This document shows, one piece after another, positions 29,344 through 41,023 of a DNA stretch of 64,000 nt. The DNA is from Schizochytrium sp. TIO01 (lineage: Eukaryota; Protista; Bigyra: Labyrinthulomycetes): assembly GCA_004764695.1 (NCBI GenBank), contig SMSO01000033.1, positions 2,356,001 to 2,420,000 on the forward strand. The letters are read 5' to 3'. The number at the start of each line of letters is the position of its first letter. The stretch's first letter is position 1. The position numbers and the translations under genes were made by a program. The notes below the pieces were generated by a model, which ran no database searches, was not told the DNA's origin, and worked only from the letters and a program-made list of their open reading frames with translations.

Positions 29344-29754
29344 TCAGATCTCATCTAGGGAAGGGCCTCGCTGGACAGTAGAAGGTTGCGCAGGTTTTGC
29401 ATCATGGTATGCACTATCGAAGTGACCACCATCATCATCATGTGAAGGCGAAAGCAGAGGCTCCTTCGTTTCACCTGGGTTCGCTGCACCAAGCTCATCA
29501 ATCTCATTTTGCTTGTTCTGGATGTTCGCAATAACCTCATCAATCTTTACCTTATAGCTCGCGTAGATAGCTTCACGCTTCATCTCGTCCTCCCACATCG
29601 CAAAGACCTCAACACCAAATTCATGTTTAAGCTTTGTCTGTTTACGACGCAAAAGTTCGATCTCAGCCTTGAGTTTAGCACGCTGGGCGGCCTTCTTGGA
29701 TGCCTCCTTGGCGTTGACCAAATTGGTCTTTGTGCGAGCCCAGAAATCCGACAT
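29344..29754 (-). CDS. Small coiled-coil hypothetical protein
   Basis: ATG at 29754. Helical heptads KKAAQRAKLKAEIELLRRKQTKLKHEFG...IQNKQNEIDEL; coding-like codon use. Confidence 0.75.
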   Translation of the reverse strand: MSDFWARTKTNLVNAKEASKKAAQRAKLKAEIELLRRKQTKLKHEFGVEVFAMWEDEMKREAIYASYKVKIDEVIANIQNKQNEIDELGAANPGETKEPLLSPSHDDDGGHFDSAYHDAKPAQPSTVQRGPSLDEI

Positions 29755-30694
29755 AATTCTCAATGTATTTACTTTATATGTAAAGCTTAAACTGTAAAAA
29801 GTCCCGAATCAAATCAAAACCAATCTTGAGCAATACGACGTTTGTGTACGCGCCAAGTTCAATTTTCGTAGAGCATCAGTCAGTACTACAAAATCCTCCT
29901 CTCCAATTGCCGCTTTCCCTGATAAATATCCATCGCTCTCTCGGATGTCAGCTCCACAATTCCATTTTGAAGCTGACAGACGAGGTCATCTTCAGCAACC
30001 CGCGCCAGAGCTGACCACAAGTTCGAGCCCAGCTTACCTCTCCGCGAACGAACCACACCTACGTAATTATCAACTCCGCAAAGCTGTTTTGATGCAGAAG
30101 CAACAATAATCCAGGATCCTGGGAAAGTTATCTCGGATCAGGCTTTGCTCTGTGAATCGTAGGGCATATATAGATACTACTAAACCCTTACAGACTAGAG
30201 TAATATCGTGCACGATAACAATATTTAAAGTGTATCAGATGACATTTGAGCGAGCGAAAGTCGCCCAGTGGCAAGCGAACACACTTATAAGGCGCAGTAG
30301 AAGTTCTCAATGATCTCGAAAGAAAGACACTCTTGAGCAGGCTGGAGCCCAAGCTGGCGGCAGACCCTGAATACTTAAGTGTCATCCGCCAAAGCTTGCG
30401 GATCATTGAGTTGTAACTGCCTGCCGAGGTTGAGTTCCAGGTGAACTTTGCCCGGTGCTTAAGGCCGTAGACTACTGTTTCTTGCAGGGTCTAGAAGAGT
30501 TGCCGTTAGTACTGAGGGAATTGCGGTTCGAGAAGATTTGCTCAAAGTGAGCTAGAACCACGTCAGCGTATAAATAAAGGCCTGCACAAATACTTGCAAA
30601 CGAATAAATCGAAACCTCAAGAAAAAGCTCTTGCGTTTAGATAAAATTTGGGTACTGGTTTAGGCTGATTGAATAATTTTCGTGCAGTGGAAAT

Positions 30695-31840
30695 ATGGTC
30701 AGCGCAGAGGCAGAACGCGAGAAGGAGCGTGGCAACAATTTGCTTAAGGATGGCAAGTTGGATGATGCCATTGATGCGTACAGCAAGGCCATTGAAATTG
30801 ATGGCTCAAACCACATCTACTACTCCAACCGATCCCACGCATATGCCAAGACAGAAAATTTCCCAAGCGCTTTGGCTGATGCCAACCGCTGTGTGGAATT
30901 GAAACCGGACTGGGCAAAGGGATACAACCGTCTGTCCGCAGCGTTTAGGGGTCTTGGAGACCAAGCGAAGGCAGATGATGCTATGAAAAAGTTTCGAGAC
31001 CTTGGCGGTGCCCCGGTTGCTGCATCTGGCACCTCCTCATCGGGGGGCTCTGCGGCGTCTGCTCAGCTTCCGGATGTTTTGTCTAAAATGCAACTTGGTC
31101 TCCGCGTGTTCCTTGTGCTTAATTTCATGCTCTACGCGTTTCCTTTGACTTCATCTTCGGGCGCTTTCCAGCGAACCCTCTTCGCTGCGTTTGGAACATA
31201 CCTGATTCACATTTACCGTGTTCACGGCAAACCCGAACGAACACGCGAGTACGCGCAGCGCTTGGCGTTGGACTACCGCTCGCACTACGCGATGTCGGCA
31301 CTCTTGTTTGCTTTTGCTGGCTCCCCTCGTATGATCGTACTCCTTCCGCACCTGCTTAGTGAGATTGGCTACGTCGCCGATTACATTTTGACAGCGCAGC
31401 CCCAGATTGCCGCTAAGATCTCCCCTACAATGAACTCGATGGTCCTCCCTAAGTTTACGCAGACCACTCCGGATCAGTGGGCACAGATGGACCTGCGTAC
31501 TAAGTGGCAGCGCTACAACCAGGTCTCTATGCAGTACTCTTCTGGCTTAGAAGTTGCCATTGGTATTTCTCTCATTTTTGAGATGCTTCTGCCCACGCGT
31601 AACTTTTTGGCTCTCTTCGCATACTGGCACTTCTTGCGCGTGCGTTACATGTGCTCGGAAAATGTAAAGCTTGTATTTCGCAACTTTGACACACAAATTA
31701 TGAGCTACGCTTCTCGCAACGCCACTGCTATGAACCTTTACCAGAAGGTCCGTGATTTTGCCAGTGCCATGGTACAGCCCAACCAACAGCCGCAGGGGGG
31801 CGGCATGTCTGGTCTTATGTCCCGTTGCACGATCTCCTAA
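30695..31840 (+). CDS. TPR (STI1/Hop TPR1-like) + TMEM33/Pom33-family membrane protein ending in a CaaX-like motif
   Basis: EKERGN..LK.G..DDAIDAYSKAI..D..NHIYYSNRS.AY...ALADA..C..LKPDWAKGY.R (3 TPRs). TM region with EVAIGISLIF and YWHFLRVRY..S, typical of TMEM33/Pom33. Ends -CTIS. Confidence 0.82.
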   Translation: MVSAEAEREKERGNNLLKDGKLDDAIDAYSKAIEIDGSNHIYYSNRSHAYAKTENFPSALADANRCVELKPDWAKGYNRLSAAFRGLGDQAKADDAMKKFRDLGGAPVAASGTSSSGGSAASAQLPDVLSKMQLGLRVFLVLNFMLYAFPLTSSSGAFQRTLFAAFGTYLIHIYRVHGKPERTREYAQRLALDYRSHYAMSALLFAFAGSPRMIVLLPHLLSEIGYVADYILTAQPQIAAKISPTMNSMVLPKFTQTTPDQWAQMDLRTKWQRYNQVSMQYSSGLEVAIGISLIFEMLLPTRNFLALFAYWHFLRVRYMCSENVKLVFRNFDTQIMSYASRNATAMNLYQKVRDFASAMVQPNQQPQGGGMSGLMSRCTIS

Positions 31841-33727
31841 GCATTTATAAATAAGTAAACATCGTACCACGTATATTACCCTGAAACCTTTGTCAGACTC
31901 ATAATTTGAGATAAAATGGCGAAAATTTAAGAAAGTGGTAGTTTGACTTTTCAATTCATTAGATTTGGCTGTGTTAAGCTCATTGCTTGAGGCGTGCGCC
32001 CCATTCGGGTAGTTGGCCCACCAAAGCTCAAGAAAGTTTCATTACAGCTTTCTCCTGCCGCATACTGATGCACATTCTCTAATGCGTGAATGTAGCACCA
32101 CAAGCTTCTAACTACCTACTATAAAATGCCCATTTTTTTTACCCACGATGAATTTCATATTTTAAGTTTACTTTAAAAAACTAGCATAATAACAGAGCAA
32201 TAGAGAATACGAATCTTAGTTTCCCTGCATGATTGTAACTAGAACACACGACCATTATCTTGCCTTCAAATCCACTACAGCTTTCTTTGAAATCCATGGC
32301 GATCTAAGAAGACTGGTAACCAATTTCTGCTACCTTAAAACTTATTATGTGTGTCAACAGGAAGATCGTGCGTTCTTGTCGTTGTGTGCAGCATCAAAAT
32401 TAGAGTCTACGTTGAATCCTAGAGAACGGACAACCAAGACGTTAGAAGGTGCGTATACACCCACATCTGAAATAAACTCGGACTCAACTACGCTCATTTA
32501 GCGAGGTATCTACTTGCCTTCCATGGCCCCAGCAGAGACAAGCAAATAGCTCATGCATTGCTTCAAAAAGTAGCTGATCCATGTTTTAGGCAATCTCAAA
32601 GCTCGACAGAACCGTTGTACATACCCTTTTAAAAATAATCCCACACTAACAGTTAGCTCTTTGAGGCTTCACGATCAGCCAGAGAAATAATTTACATTAT
32701 CTTTTAGGTAGCGACAACAGGATGGGAGCTGACTTGCATTCGCAGATCTCGCTCCCGCCCTTACATTGGAAATTCTGTGCCGGGGTACACAAAGTGATTT
32801 GTTTAGTGTACTATAGCAAGTTTGGATGTGCAATAGCCGGATTTTGCATTAGGTCGTTCATAGAAAGAAGCCTTGTAGAGAGGGGGAAAAAAAATGGAGT
32901 AGAAGTTTTTACCCAAAGGTTCCAGGAACGTTCCTTTATAGATGCGTTGAAAGAGCGTTGCCATGGCCCTGAGTCCATCATCCAGCACGTGAAGACCAGG
33001 GGAAACGAGTAGCGATCATAGCAACAAAAGAGTTCAAAATTTGAAATAAAGCTGGAGATGGAGCCTTTGTGATCTAAGCTGGCACTCCATGAGATGCGTT
33101 TTCCGGCTCAGAGGGCAGGCCCTAGGAATTCAATTTTCAACTAATTCTAGGTTTGACCTGAAGTGTAATATGCAAAATGTTGCCCATATTCCTGCAAACG
33201 AGCTCGTTGATGCCGACATATTTGTAAACTGAGCAGCGCTTCTCACCTGAATAAACCCAGCTTCTTGCTGAAAATAAAGAAAAACAGAGCGAGACGAACC
33301 CTTAGAATAAAAGTATGTGCCGCAAAGAAGAGTCTGTCTCAAAAGTTAAAAGAATCTGTACCAGTGTGAAAGGTTGCTTTCGGTAGTACACTCCCTACTT
33401 GGAATTAAAGTTTCTTCATTCACATTCCCGAGTGCTCCTGTATCGAGAAGAGTACTCAAAATAGATACTTGGGGTAGAATTTAATAAAGAGAACAAAAAG
33501 AGAGTAGTTGAAAGTTGATTGATTGTCAGACAAAAATTATTGCAGAGTCTTTCTTGCACCTGCGCGCTGGGTTTCTGGTGAACGCGTGCGAGGGTCCTGG
33601 GCGTCAAGGCGTGCAGAGCACCCGACTGCTCAACTGGACAAAACATTGATCAGGCGCGCAGCTCGCAGCGTACATAAGCTGCCGCAATTAAGCTCGTACG
33701 TGTCAGTGTTGCAAGAAGCTCAACAAG

Positions 33728-35980
33728 ATGGGCGGAGGTGTTAGCAAATGGCTGTCGGATCATGATCGCAAGATCGAAGCTTTGCGCATGACTCCGTTTT
33801 TTGTACTCTTTGATGATGATCAGCTAGAGAACATTGCAAAATACTTCAAGTTTGAAACGATCTCTGAAGGAGGGTTGCTTGGTAATCAGGCGATGGTAGT
33901 CGTTCTCGAGGGAGAACTTGCGGTATCAACTCTAGTACCAGTTCAGGGAGGGGGGAGCACCTCCAAGGGTCATGTATCGGAGTTGCTTTGTGTGAAGAAG
34001 AAGGGCGATTTCTTCAGTCGACCATCCCGTGAACTTGTACATGGACGGGGATCATTTAATGAAAAGCACTCTAAAAATGGAGGATCCATATTTAAAGTAG
34101 TGGAGGCGTTTGACTTTACCACCATTCGGGCTATCCATACAACTCGCATTCTCAAGCTTGACTCCCATTCCATGGAATCGTATCTTCGAAGCCCTGGTGC
34201 TGCAAGTGCTGGTCTCCTGCAAACTGTGTTGTCAACTGATATTCGACAACTCCTTAAGACGGTACCCTTCCTTCGGCCTCTCAAACCTGGGAAACTCACT
34301 TCACTTTCAGAGATGTTTGTGTTTAAAGCTTTTGAAGCAGGCACTGAAGTTTTACGGGAAGGTGATGAGGATGACAACTTCTACCTCGTCCTAGCAGGAG
34401 AACTCGAGGTCACAGCCAAGGTGCATCCACATGATCCAAATGCAAAGGGTTCAGTAACTCACGCAATTGAAGAAGCAGAGGAGTCGCGACATGTTGCGAA
34501 CGCGAGCCCCATTGATTCGCTAAAGAGAGCATCCTTAGTCAGCCAGAATCGCCAGAGCACGGCAAGTACTTCGAGCACAGCGGACAGAGAACCTGCTCCT
34601 GGGAGTGGCGATGTTACATCAGAGCAGTTTCGCAATGGTAGAGCAAGCTCGGTGGCTAGCGAAAGTGGAGGAGCTAAAGCTGCACAAAAACCTGAGGAGG
34701 AGGAGGAAGATGCAGCAATGGACAAGTCGAAGGATAGTGTTGGATCGAATTCAAGCGAAAATGCAATGCAGTTTGACCTCGGACGTAAGATCGGGGTTAC
34801 TGCGTCTCCCAATGGACCTCTTCGCACGGCACCCGAAACACCGACAACACGTAGCAATAAGGTACCTGTCATCAAACCAGCGCCATCCATGAGGCTCCTG
34901 CGCAAAAGTTCAAGCTTGGTGGTCCCTGATGCGGATCGTGTGATGTTAGGCACGATTGGCCCTGGTTCTTATTTTGGAGAAATGGCAATCATGGCACAGA
35001 TGCCTCGTACTGCAACAGTAAAGAGTACTTCAAAATGCCTCCTTGCTCGCATTCATGGGCGTGACTTCCACAACGTTTTGAAACTTTCAAAGCACGTGTT
35101 GGACGCTTTTGACCTACATGCAAAGGAACGCATGGTGACAAAGCTATACGCCTTTAAGCTCCCTTTCTTTGCCGGTATCTCCAAGAGTAAGCTACTCACA
35201 CTAGCCAAGCTTTGTGAGTTGAACCAGTTTCAAGAAAATGACGTTATCATTCAAGAGAATACACGCTCCGGCAAGTTTCACATTCTTATCAATGGAATGG
35301 TTAGCGTCTCAAAGAATTCGGAGGCCTTTGTGCGCCTATCTGAGGGCTCTTACTTTGGCGAAATTAGTCTTCTCACGGACAAGCCCCATCTAGCGACTGT
35401 AACTGCTTGCGCAAAATGCGTTGTGCTAAGCGTTGACAAAAAGGGATTTGATACATTCTTTGCCGACTCTCCTACACTTTCCGCAGAATTTGCCATGCGT
35501 TTGCTCGGCGCCCATGCCATCGATCTCAAGCACCTCATTCGCCATCCCCTTGGTTTTGAGCTTTTCGAACAGCACATGGAGAAGGAATTCACAAAGGAAC
35601 ATCTCGACTTTTACTTTGCCGTAGAGAAGTTTCGACAAGGAGCCCCGGATGCTCTGAGCTCCGCAGATATCAAGCGAAAGTACATTGGATCAGAGTCAGA
35701 GACTCAAGTTAACATTTCTGCTGGTATGGCCCAAGAGGTTCTTGATCTACCCGAAAGCCCCGACATGTTCGACATTGCACAGGAGGAGGTGTACAAGCTT
35801 ATGAAACGTGATAACTTCGAACGCTTTAAGAAGACACCATTCTTTGATGAACTCATTAACGCTATCCAATGCTATAAAGATGTGAAAGACATTCCGACTG
35901 ACGATGCTGATTGCACACGCGCAGAGATTTTAGCGATCCGTGATCCTGATAATGAGGAACCTGAAGCAGAAACTGCATAA
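33728..35980 (+). CDS. Cyclic-nucleotide-binding (3 CNB) + RGS domain protein, predicted N-myristoylated
   Basis: MGGGVS N-terminus. CNB motifs LREGDEDDNFYLVLAGELEV, GSYFGEMAIMAQMPRTATV, GSYFGEISLL..KPHLATV. RGS: FEQHMEKEFTKEHLDFY..VEKF, KYIGSESETQVNIS, FDIAQEEVYKLMKRDNFERFKKT. Confidence 0.9.
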   Translation: MGGGVSKWLSDHDRKIEALRMTPFFVLFDDDQLENIAKYFKFETISEGGLLGNQAMVVVLEGELAVSTLVPVQGGGSTSKGHVSELLCVKKKGDFFSRPSRELVHGRGSFNEKHSKNGGSIFKVVEAFDFTTIRAIHTTRILKLDSHSMESYLRSPGAASAGLLQTVLSTDIRQLLKTVPFLRPLKPGKLTSLSEMFVFKAFEAGTEVLREGDEDDNFYLVLAGELEVTAKVHPHDPNAKGSVTHAIEEAEESRHVANASPIDSLKRASLVSQNRQSTASTSSTADREPAPGSGDVTSEQFRNGRASSVASESGGAKAAQKPEEEEEDAAMDKSKDSVGSNSSENAMQFDLGRKIGVTASPNGPLRTAPETPTTRSNKVPVIKPAPSMRLLRKSSSLVVPDADRVMLGTIGPGSYFGEMAIMAQMPRTATVKSTSKCLLARIHGRDFHNVLKLSKHVLDAFDLHAKERMVTKLYAFKLPFFAGISKSKLLTLAKLCELNQFQENDVIIQENTRSGKFHILINGMVSVSKNSEAFVRLSEGSYFGEISLLTDKPHLATVTACAKCVVLSVDKKGFDTFFADSPTLSAEFAMRLLGAHAIDLKHLIRHPLGFELFEQHMEKEFTKEHLDFYFAVEKFRQGAPDALSSADIKRKYIGSESETQVNISAGMAQEVLDLPESPDMFDIAQEEVYKLMKRDNFERFKKTPFFDELINAIQCYKDVKDIPTDDADCTRAEILAIRDPDNEEPEAETA

Positions 35981-36224
35981 AATAACACCAAGAGAATTAT
36001 ACAGAGAATTACCGTGCAATTATATTTTGTTCAAGCACTAGTCCAGCTCGCGTTGAATAGGTGGAACAAGGCCTTGGGAATATAGGCTCACGTAATGAAA
36101 CAAAAAAGTGTAACCCGAATATATAATATGTGTATCAAATAAAAGGGGCAGAAATTCTCCACTCATCTTTTGGTTTTTGGCAAGTCATTCTACACTTTCA
36201 AAACTTCAATCTATATGACGCTCA

Positions 36225-37324
36225 TCATTTTTTCACGTGTCCATTTGCAAAGTCAGTACCGGACACGCGCTTTTTGCCCTCGAGCTGCACGCTTTCAAGC
36301 TGAACAACACTGCCATCTTTGCAGGCTGCAAATAAAAGACCCCCTTGACTGAAGAACTCTCCAGGCTGCGTATTCGTTGGAACTTCTGGGTTAGCAGTAA
36401 GCTCGTGTAGCTTCAGGGATTTCCCCTGATACTCAGCTGCGATACCTCCGTGAGCAACAAGGCCCCTCCATTTGTTGTAGATCTCGGAAGCCGTCATATC
36501 TCCAAAGCTAATGACACGATTTTGTGGCTTGATCTTGGGGGCAAATGTCACACCTTCGTTAGTTTGCTCACGTTCCAGCAAAGAATTTGCTTGCATTTGT
36601 TCAAGTACTTGTTGCAGCTGACCTGCTCCTTGTTCTGCGAGGCGCTCAGAGAGGGTTAAGAAGGTGTCATGTGGCTCAACAGCCGCAGTTTCCTGGCTAA
36701 GAATCGCGCCCGCATCAAATTTACGCGGATCGACCCGTTGCACAGTAACTCCGGTCTCTTTGTCGCCGTTCATAAGGCAATGCTGAATAGGGGCAGCTCC
36801 TCGGTACTTAGGCAGCATCGACGGATGCACATTCAAGGCACCCAAAGGAAATGCGTCAATCACCTCTGCGGGCTGCGTATGTGTGTACAACAAATGGTTA
36901 GCTTCAATTTGTATTCTTACAGATTTCAAGATGGGACGTATAATTTTTCGTTTCTTCGTGCGACTCATTGGTAAGGAGTTTCCAGAGTTTAATGCGTGTA
37001 ACTTACGAGAAAGAACCCGAATGAGACAACAACTCCAACATCAAAGTTGGCTCGAATGTCCTGCGGAGAAGGCACCCAATCATCAGCGCATGGTTTAATC
37101 GAGCGCGAGTTAGGAGCGTCATAAATCTTGAGTCCATGTTCCTCTGCGAATCCTCGAACCACGCCCTGAGCAGTTGGCGGTCGTCGAGAGTTGCTTCTCC
37201 AACGCTGAGCAGGCGCCGGCGTCACTACCTCAAGGCGTTGCCAGAGCTTGCCATTCTGGGCGCCATGAATGCGTCGCAGTGACGCCAAGCTAAAGTGGTC
37301 AGTGCCAAAGAAAAGAATTCGCAT
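36225..37324 (-). CDS. MTFMT: Methionyl-tRNA formyltransferase, two exons: complement(join(36225..36872,37007..37324))
   Basis: MRILFFGTDHFS N-terminus; DVGVVVSFGFFL|PAEVI; LNVHPSMLPKYRGAAPIQ; ETGVTV; FDAGAIL; TFAPKI; QLEGKKRVSGTDFANG. Confidence 0.9.
36873..37006 (-). other. 134-nt phase-0 intron in the formyltransferase gene
   Basis: Minus-strand donor GTAAGT (plus acttac 37001-37006), branch GCTAAC (plus gttagc 36897-36902), acceptor CAG (36873-36875). Removing it restores FFL-PAEV. Confidence 0.9.
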
Positions 37325-38914
37325 CGTATCTCGGTCTGTCTCACGTAAACCCTGCCAAGATCTCCTCTGACCCAGAGGGTCGCGTATCTCGAATGTTGAC
37401 AGCTGCGTATTTCATTTTCATTGTCAATTTTCCCACACAGTTTGTTTGTTTGAGTAGCAGTAAAAGGGCTTAAGATATCGCTTTAAAATCGAATAGCCCA
37501 CTTAATGGGGTCCTCTTTCGCGCTTTAGTTTCTAAAAAGGAAGAGTCAATAAACGAAAATCGGCAGCAAGATGAGTGCGTGCCTACTAGAAAAATCACAA
37601 AACCACACATCACGTGAAATGACAATATGCGCGAACTTATGGCACAAGACGTTGAAGAAGTTGAAGTATCTAATGATAGCAAGGAATTTGCAATTGATGA
37701 TGATTCACACCTGAACAAGATTTGGATAAGAATAACTTGGTACCATGATTAAATATTTACTACATTTGCTGAGTGCTCATTGACCAATGATCGAAGCTTT
37801 TGTGCAAATCCCCATGCAGAATAGAAGAAGTCCTGTGAAATCGCGTTAATAAATAATTTTTATTCAACTGCTAGGAACACCACCTCTTATTACTGTAAAC
37901 ATTGTCGCATCAAGACGCTTTGATGGATACAACGATTCTCCAATCCCAAGATAGCTTGCACTAGCCTAACTTAATTTATTTTTTTAATCGAAACGAATTT
38001 AGCAGATAGGTAGCTTAGCTAGCTATCCATATGTTCAGAAAGTATAATCTCGTTTTCAATAACTTCTGATCAGCATTCCTTTAAACCGAAACGATCTTGT
38101 GATTAAATATACCAGTATAAGCAAACGTCAGAACACTTGCCATTGCTATGCCATGCTAGTTCCTAACCACAAACCCCCAGAGGTCTTGCCTTCGTAGAAC
38201 GCAAACACATTACCTCTTTGAGCTGGGATTCTAAGGCTTCTTAGGCTCCCGCCATCGATCCTCCAGGTGCCTTGGTTTTACTCGACCACGTGTATTAACT
38301 GTTACCGATTATGGTAGCAGGCCATATAGCCCATTGGGTACTCGTGTGTGAATGGAGCATTTTGGGACTGCGACATCAAAAGAAAGACTTCGTTAGACAA
38401 CTTTTGCAATGAGTTCCTGGTTCAGGCCTAGAGGCAGAGCCGGCTTTAAAAAAGATGCATCAAGTGTTTTGTGGCGAGAGATAATGGTGTATGAGGTTTG
38501 CTGTCGGTGTGAATGAGCTTGTTGTGGTTGGTTCTTAGATTGAAGTACCTGAAGTTTCTTTTTGATTATTGCTATTTTAATCTTTTGTTTGATTGAAGAA
38601 AGAGAGAGAATTTTTTTCTACACATATATCGTCGTCATCGCAATCTGAGATCAAATCGCAATCGCAGGTCTTGCGGGAGGACTCGCCACTGGCTAGGTGG
38701 GCTTCTCGAGACTCACCACTGCTTAGCTGTAGCTCTACGACAAGAATTGGATCAATACTGAGTGTCTGACGCAACTTCTCTGTTCCAACGGCGGCTTCGT
38801 AACCAGCTGTTGGTCTGTCAATCTAACACTGAGGTGTCGATCCGATTCAGAATAGATTGCTACCTCTAGGCTGCCTTGTGTGGACTCCACGAGTACAAAC
38901 CAAACGCAGAGACC

Positions 38915-41023
38915 ATGGATCTGACTTCTGCGTCTTCAGCTGTACGTTCTTTACGTCGTCGTGACGCTAGCGAAGAGGAAATTGCGGCAGGAAACGCTCT
39001 GCTAGAGGTTCTCGAGAGCCCCGAAAACTCCCAGATTCCTCTAGATCTTTTGGAAAAGCTCATCAAGGCCAGCAAATGGGAATGCAGAGCCACCGGACTT
39101 CTTGTAGGTGGAGCATTGCTCGGCAAGGCAAACTCCAGAGAAGGAAGCTCTGGTGAACTCGATGCGCAAGATGAGGACCTTGTGATCCTCTTGCAGGACG
39201 CAGCTCAAGCAAATATCGAGGACCGTGAACCCCGAGTTCGCACTACAGTAGTGAAGGCACTTGAGGCACTTGCACAACGCGATGGAAGCGGGACCTGGGC
39301 AAGATTTGGAGCTGTTCTTTGTGATATCGTGGACAAAAACTTTGACCTTGATGAATCTGAACGTGCCTCCACCCAGGCAGAGCTTGCTGTGCAGAACGCA
39401 GCATCGGTCCCAATGCTTGTTCACGAAACCATCGGCTGGAAGGCGTTAGAAACTTCTATGCGTGGCCTTGAAGCTCTCATTAGAGGTTATGGCAAGTCTT
39501 TTGTTCAGGATGGTCACACCGATGATCGTGACGGGTTCTTACTTTCGCTGGTCTCAGACAGAGCTCTTGTGCACCAAAACCGCTATGTTCGTGAAGTGGG
39601 CTACGATTTGTGTGGTGTTATGGTAGAGGCTATTCTTGCTGGCAATGGGGGGTACAGCGACAACCAAATTGACGCCATGGTGAGTGCCATTGCACGCGGC
39701 CTCAGTGACAATTGGAGCCAAGTTCGCTACGCAGCTTCTGTGGCGGCCCGCAAGCTTATGTTAGGCCTTTTGGTGGACCAGAGGCAGAAATACCTAGACC
39801 TCTTGGTGCCTCGCATGTGCTTGAATCGATACTACCTGGCGATGGGTGTGCGTCTCTACTCTCAAGAGACATGGCAGTTAACATTTGGCGACAATGGAGT
39901 TGCAGCAGTCTGTGGCCACATGGGTCCCGTGGTCCAGTTTTACTGCGAGCAGTCTGCAGCGGACAACCACGGCGTGCGTGAAGCTGCATGCCACTCCATT
40001 GCAGAGCTGTCTTCCAAGATCCCTCACGACGTTCTCAGCCCTTACGTGGATATCTTGCTCAAGGCTCTGCTTGATTGTTTTCGAGATGACTCATGGCCCG
40101 TTCGCGATGCTGCTTGCGTTTCTTCAGGTGACTTTGTGCTCGGATATCCTGAAGAGTGCCGCCCCCGCATCGAAGAGTTCTTCACGCTCTGGTTTAATCA
40201 TCTCTCGGACAACATTTGGTCTGTACGTGAAGATGCTGCAGTTGCGCTCGGCAACGCAGCACGCGCATACCCCGAAGAGGGTATTGCTAGAATTATGGAG
40301 AAGCTCCCAGCACTTTTGGAGCGCGTGCATGATGAGGTTCCCCCTGCAGAAGCCCATGATCACGACCATGACCATGATAATGAAAGTGATGCATGTTCAG
40401 TAACCTCTAGCCCCCCTGAGGCGCCGTCGTCGCCGCGTGTCATGGCTGGTGCAGAGTCTCGACCGGTTTCAATTGTTTCAGGATCATTGGCGGATCTCCG
40501 GAAGGATCTCAGGAGCGCCGACCCTCAACATTCGGATCAACAGTTATTCTCCTGTGGCTCGCTGGCGCCGAAGCTGAAACGTCGCGGTGTAGGTTGCATG
40601 GACCACGGGTACTCGCGTCCTAAACGGGCTTGGGAGGATACCGATGGCGCAATTTACCTTGTGCGGGAATTGGCAGGAGTTAAGCCAGAATTAGTCGATG
40701 CTTCCATCATGGATGCTGTACTAAGGGCTCTTGGTGCACCGCAAGCAACACGAGAGTTGCGCGTTACGATCCTCAAACAGATGGTCCCGATTAGCCAATC
40801 GTTGGGTAAAAGAACGTTTAAGCGTTGCCTCGAGGAGCTTTTGCCAATGGTTATCCAAAATCTCTCCAGTGAAAATCAGCTTGTAGCTGCTGCAGCAGCA
40901 GATTTGATTATGCACCTCATGCGTTTCCTTGGCCCGAATGTCTTCCGTGGACGTGTAGAGATGCTTCTCAATGGCCACAATATGTGGCAGGACATTGAGC
41001 GCAGCCCGCTTGTGGCACTCTAG
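38915..41023 (+). CDS. HEAT/ARM-fold repeat protein of unknown function
   Basis: Repeated HEAT signatures DREPRVR, HQNRYVRE, DNWSQVRYAA, DNHGVREAAC, DDSWPVRDAAC, DNIWSVREDAA. First ATG at 38915. Confidence 0.85.
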   Translation: MDLTSASSAVRSLRRRDASEEEIAAGNALLEVLESPENSQIPLDLLEKLIKASKWECRATGLLVGGALLGKANSREGSSGELDAQDEDLVILLQDAAQANIEDREPRVRTTVVKALEALAQRDGSGTWARFGAVLCDIVDKNFDLDESERASTQAELAVQNAASVPMLVHETIGWKALETSMRGLEALIRGYGKSFVQDGHTDDRDGFLLSLVSDRALVHQNRYVREVGYDLCGVMVEAILAGNGGYSDNQIDAMVSAIARGLSDNWSQVRYAASVAARKLMLGLLVDQRQKYLDLLVPRMCLNRYYLAMGVRLYSQETWQLTFGDNGVAAVCGHMGPVVQFYCEQSAADNHGVREAACHSIAELSSKIPHDVLSPYVDILLKALLDCFRDDSWPVRDAACVSSGDFVLGYPEECRPRIEEFFTLWFNHLSDNIWSVREDAAVALGNAARAYPEEGIARIMEKLPALLERVHDEVPPAEAHDHDHDHDNESDACSVTSSPPEAPSSPRVMAGAESRPVSIVSGSLADLRKDLRSADPQHSDQQLFSCGSLAPKLKRRGVGCMDHGYSRPKRAWEDTDGAIYLVRELAGVKPELVDASIMDAVLRALGAPQATRELRVTILKQMVPISQSLGKRTFKRCLEELLPMVIQNLSSENQLVAAAAADLIMHLMRFLGPNVFRGRVEMLLNGHNMWQDIERSPLVAL

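Noticed and set aside
36873-37006. Apparent frameshift or pseudogene in the formyltransferase
   Set aside because: Fully explained by a canonical intron.
37490-37750. Coding-looking acidic fragment (MRELMAQDVEEVEVSNDSKEF...)
   Set aside because: Short, bounded by stops and with no recognisable family; cannot support a gene or pseudogene call.
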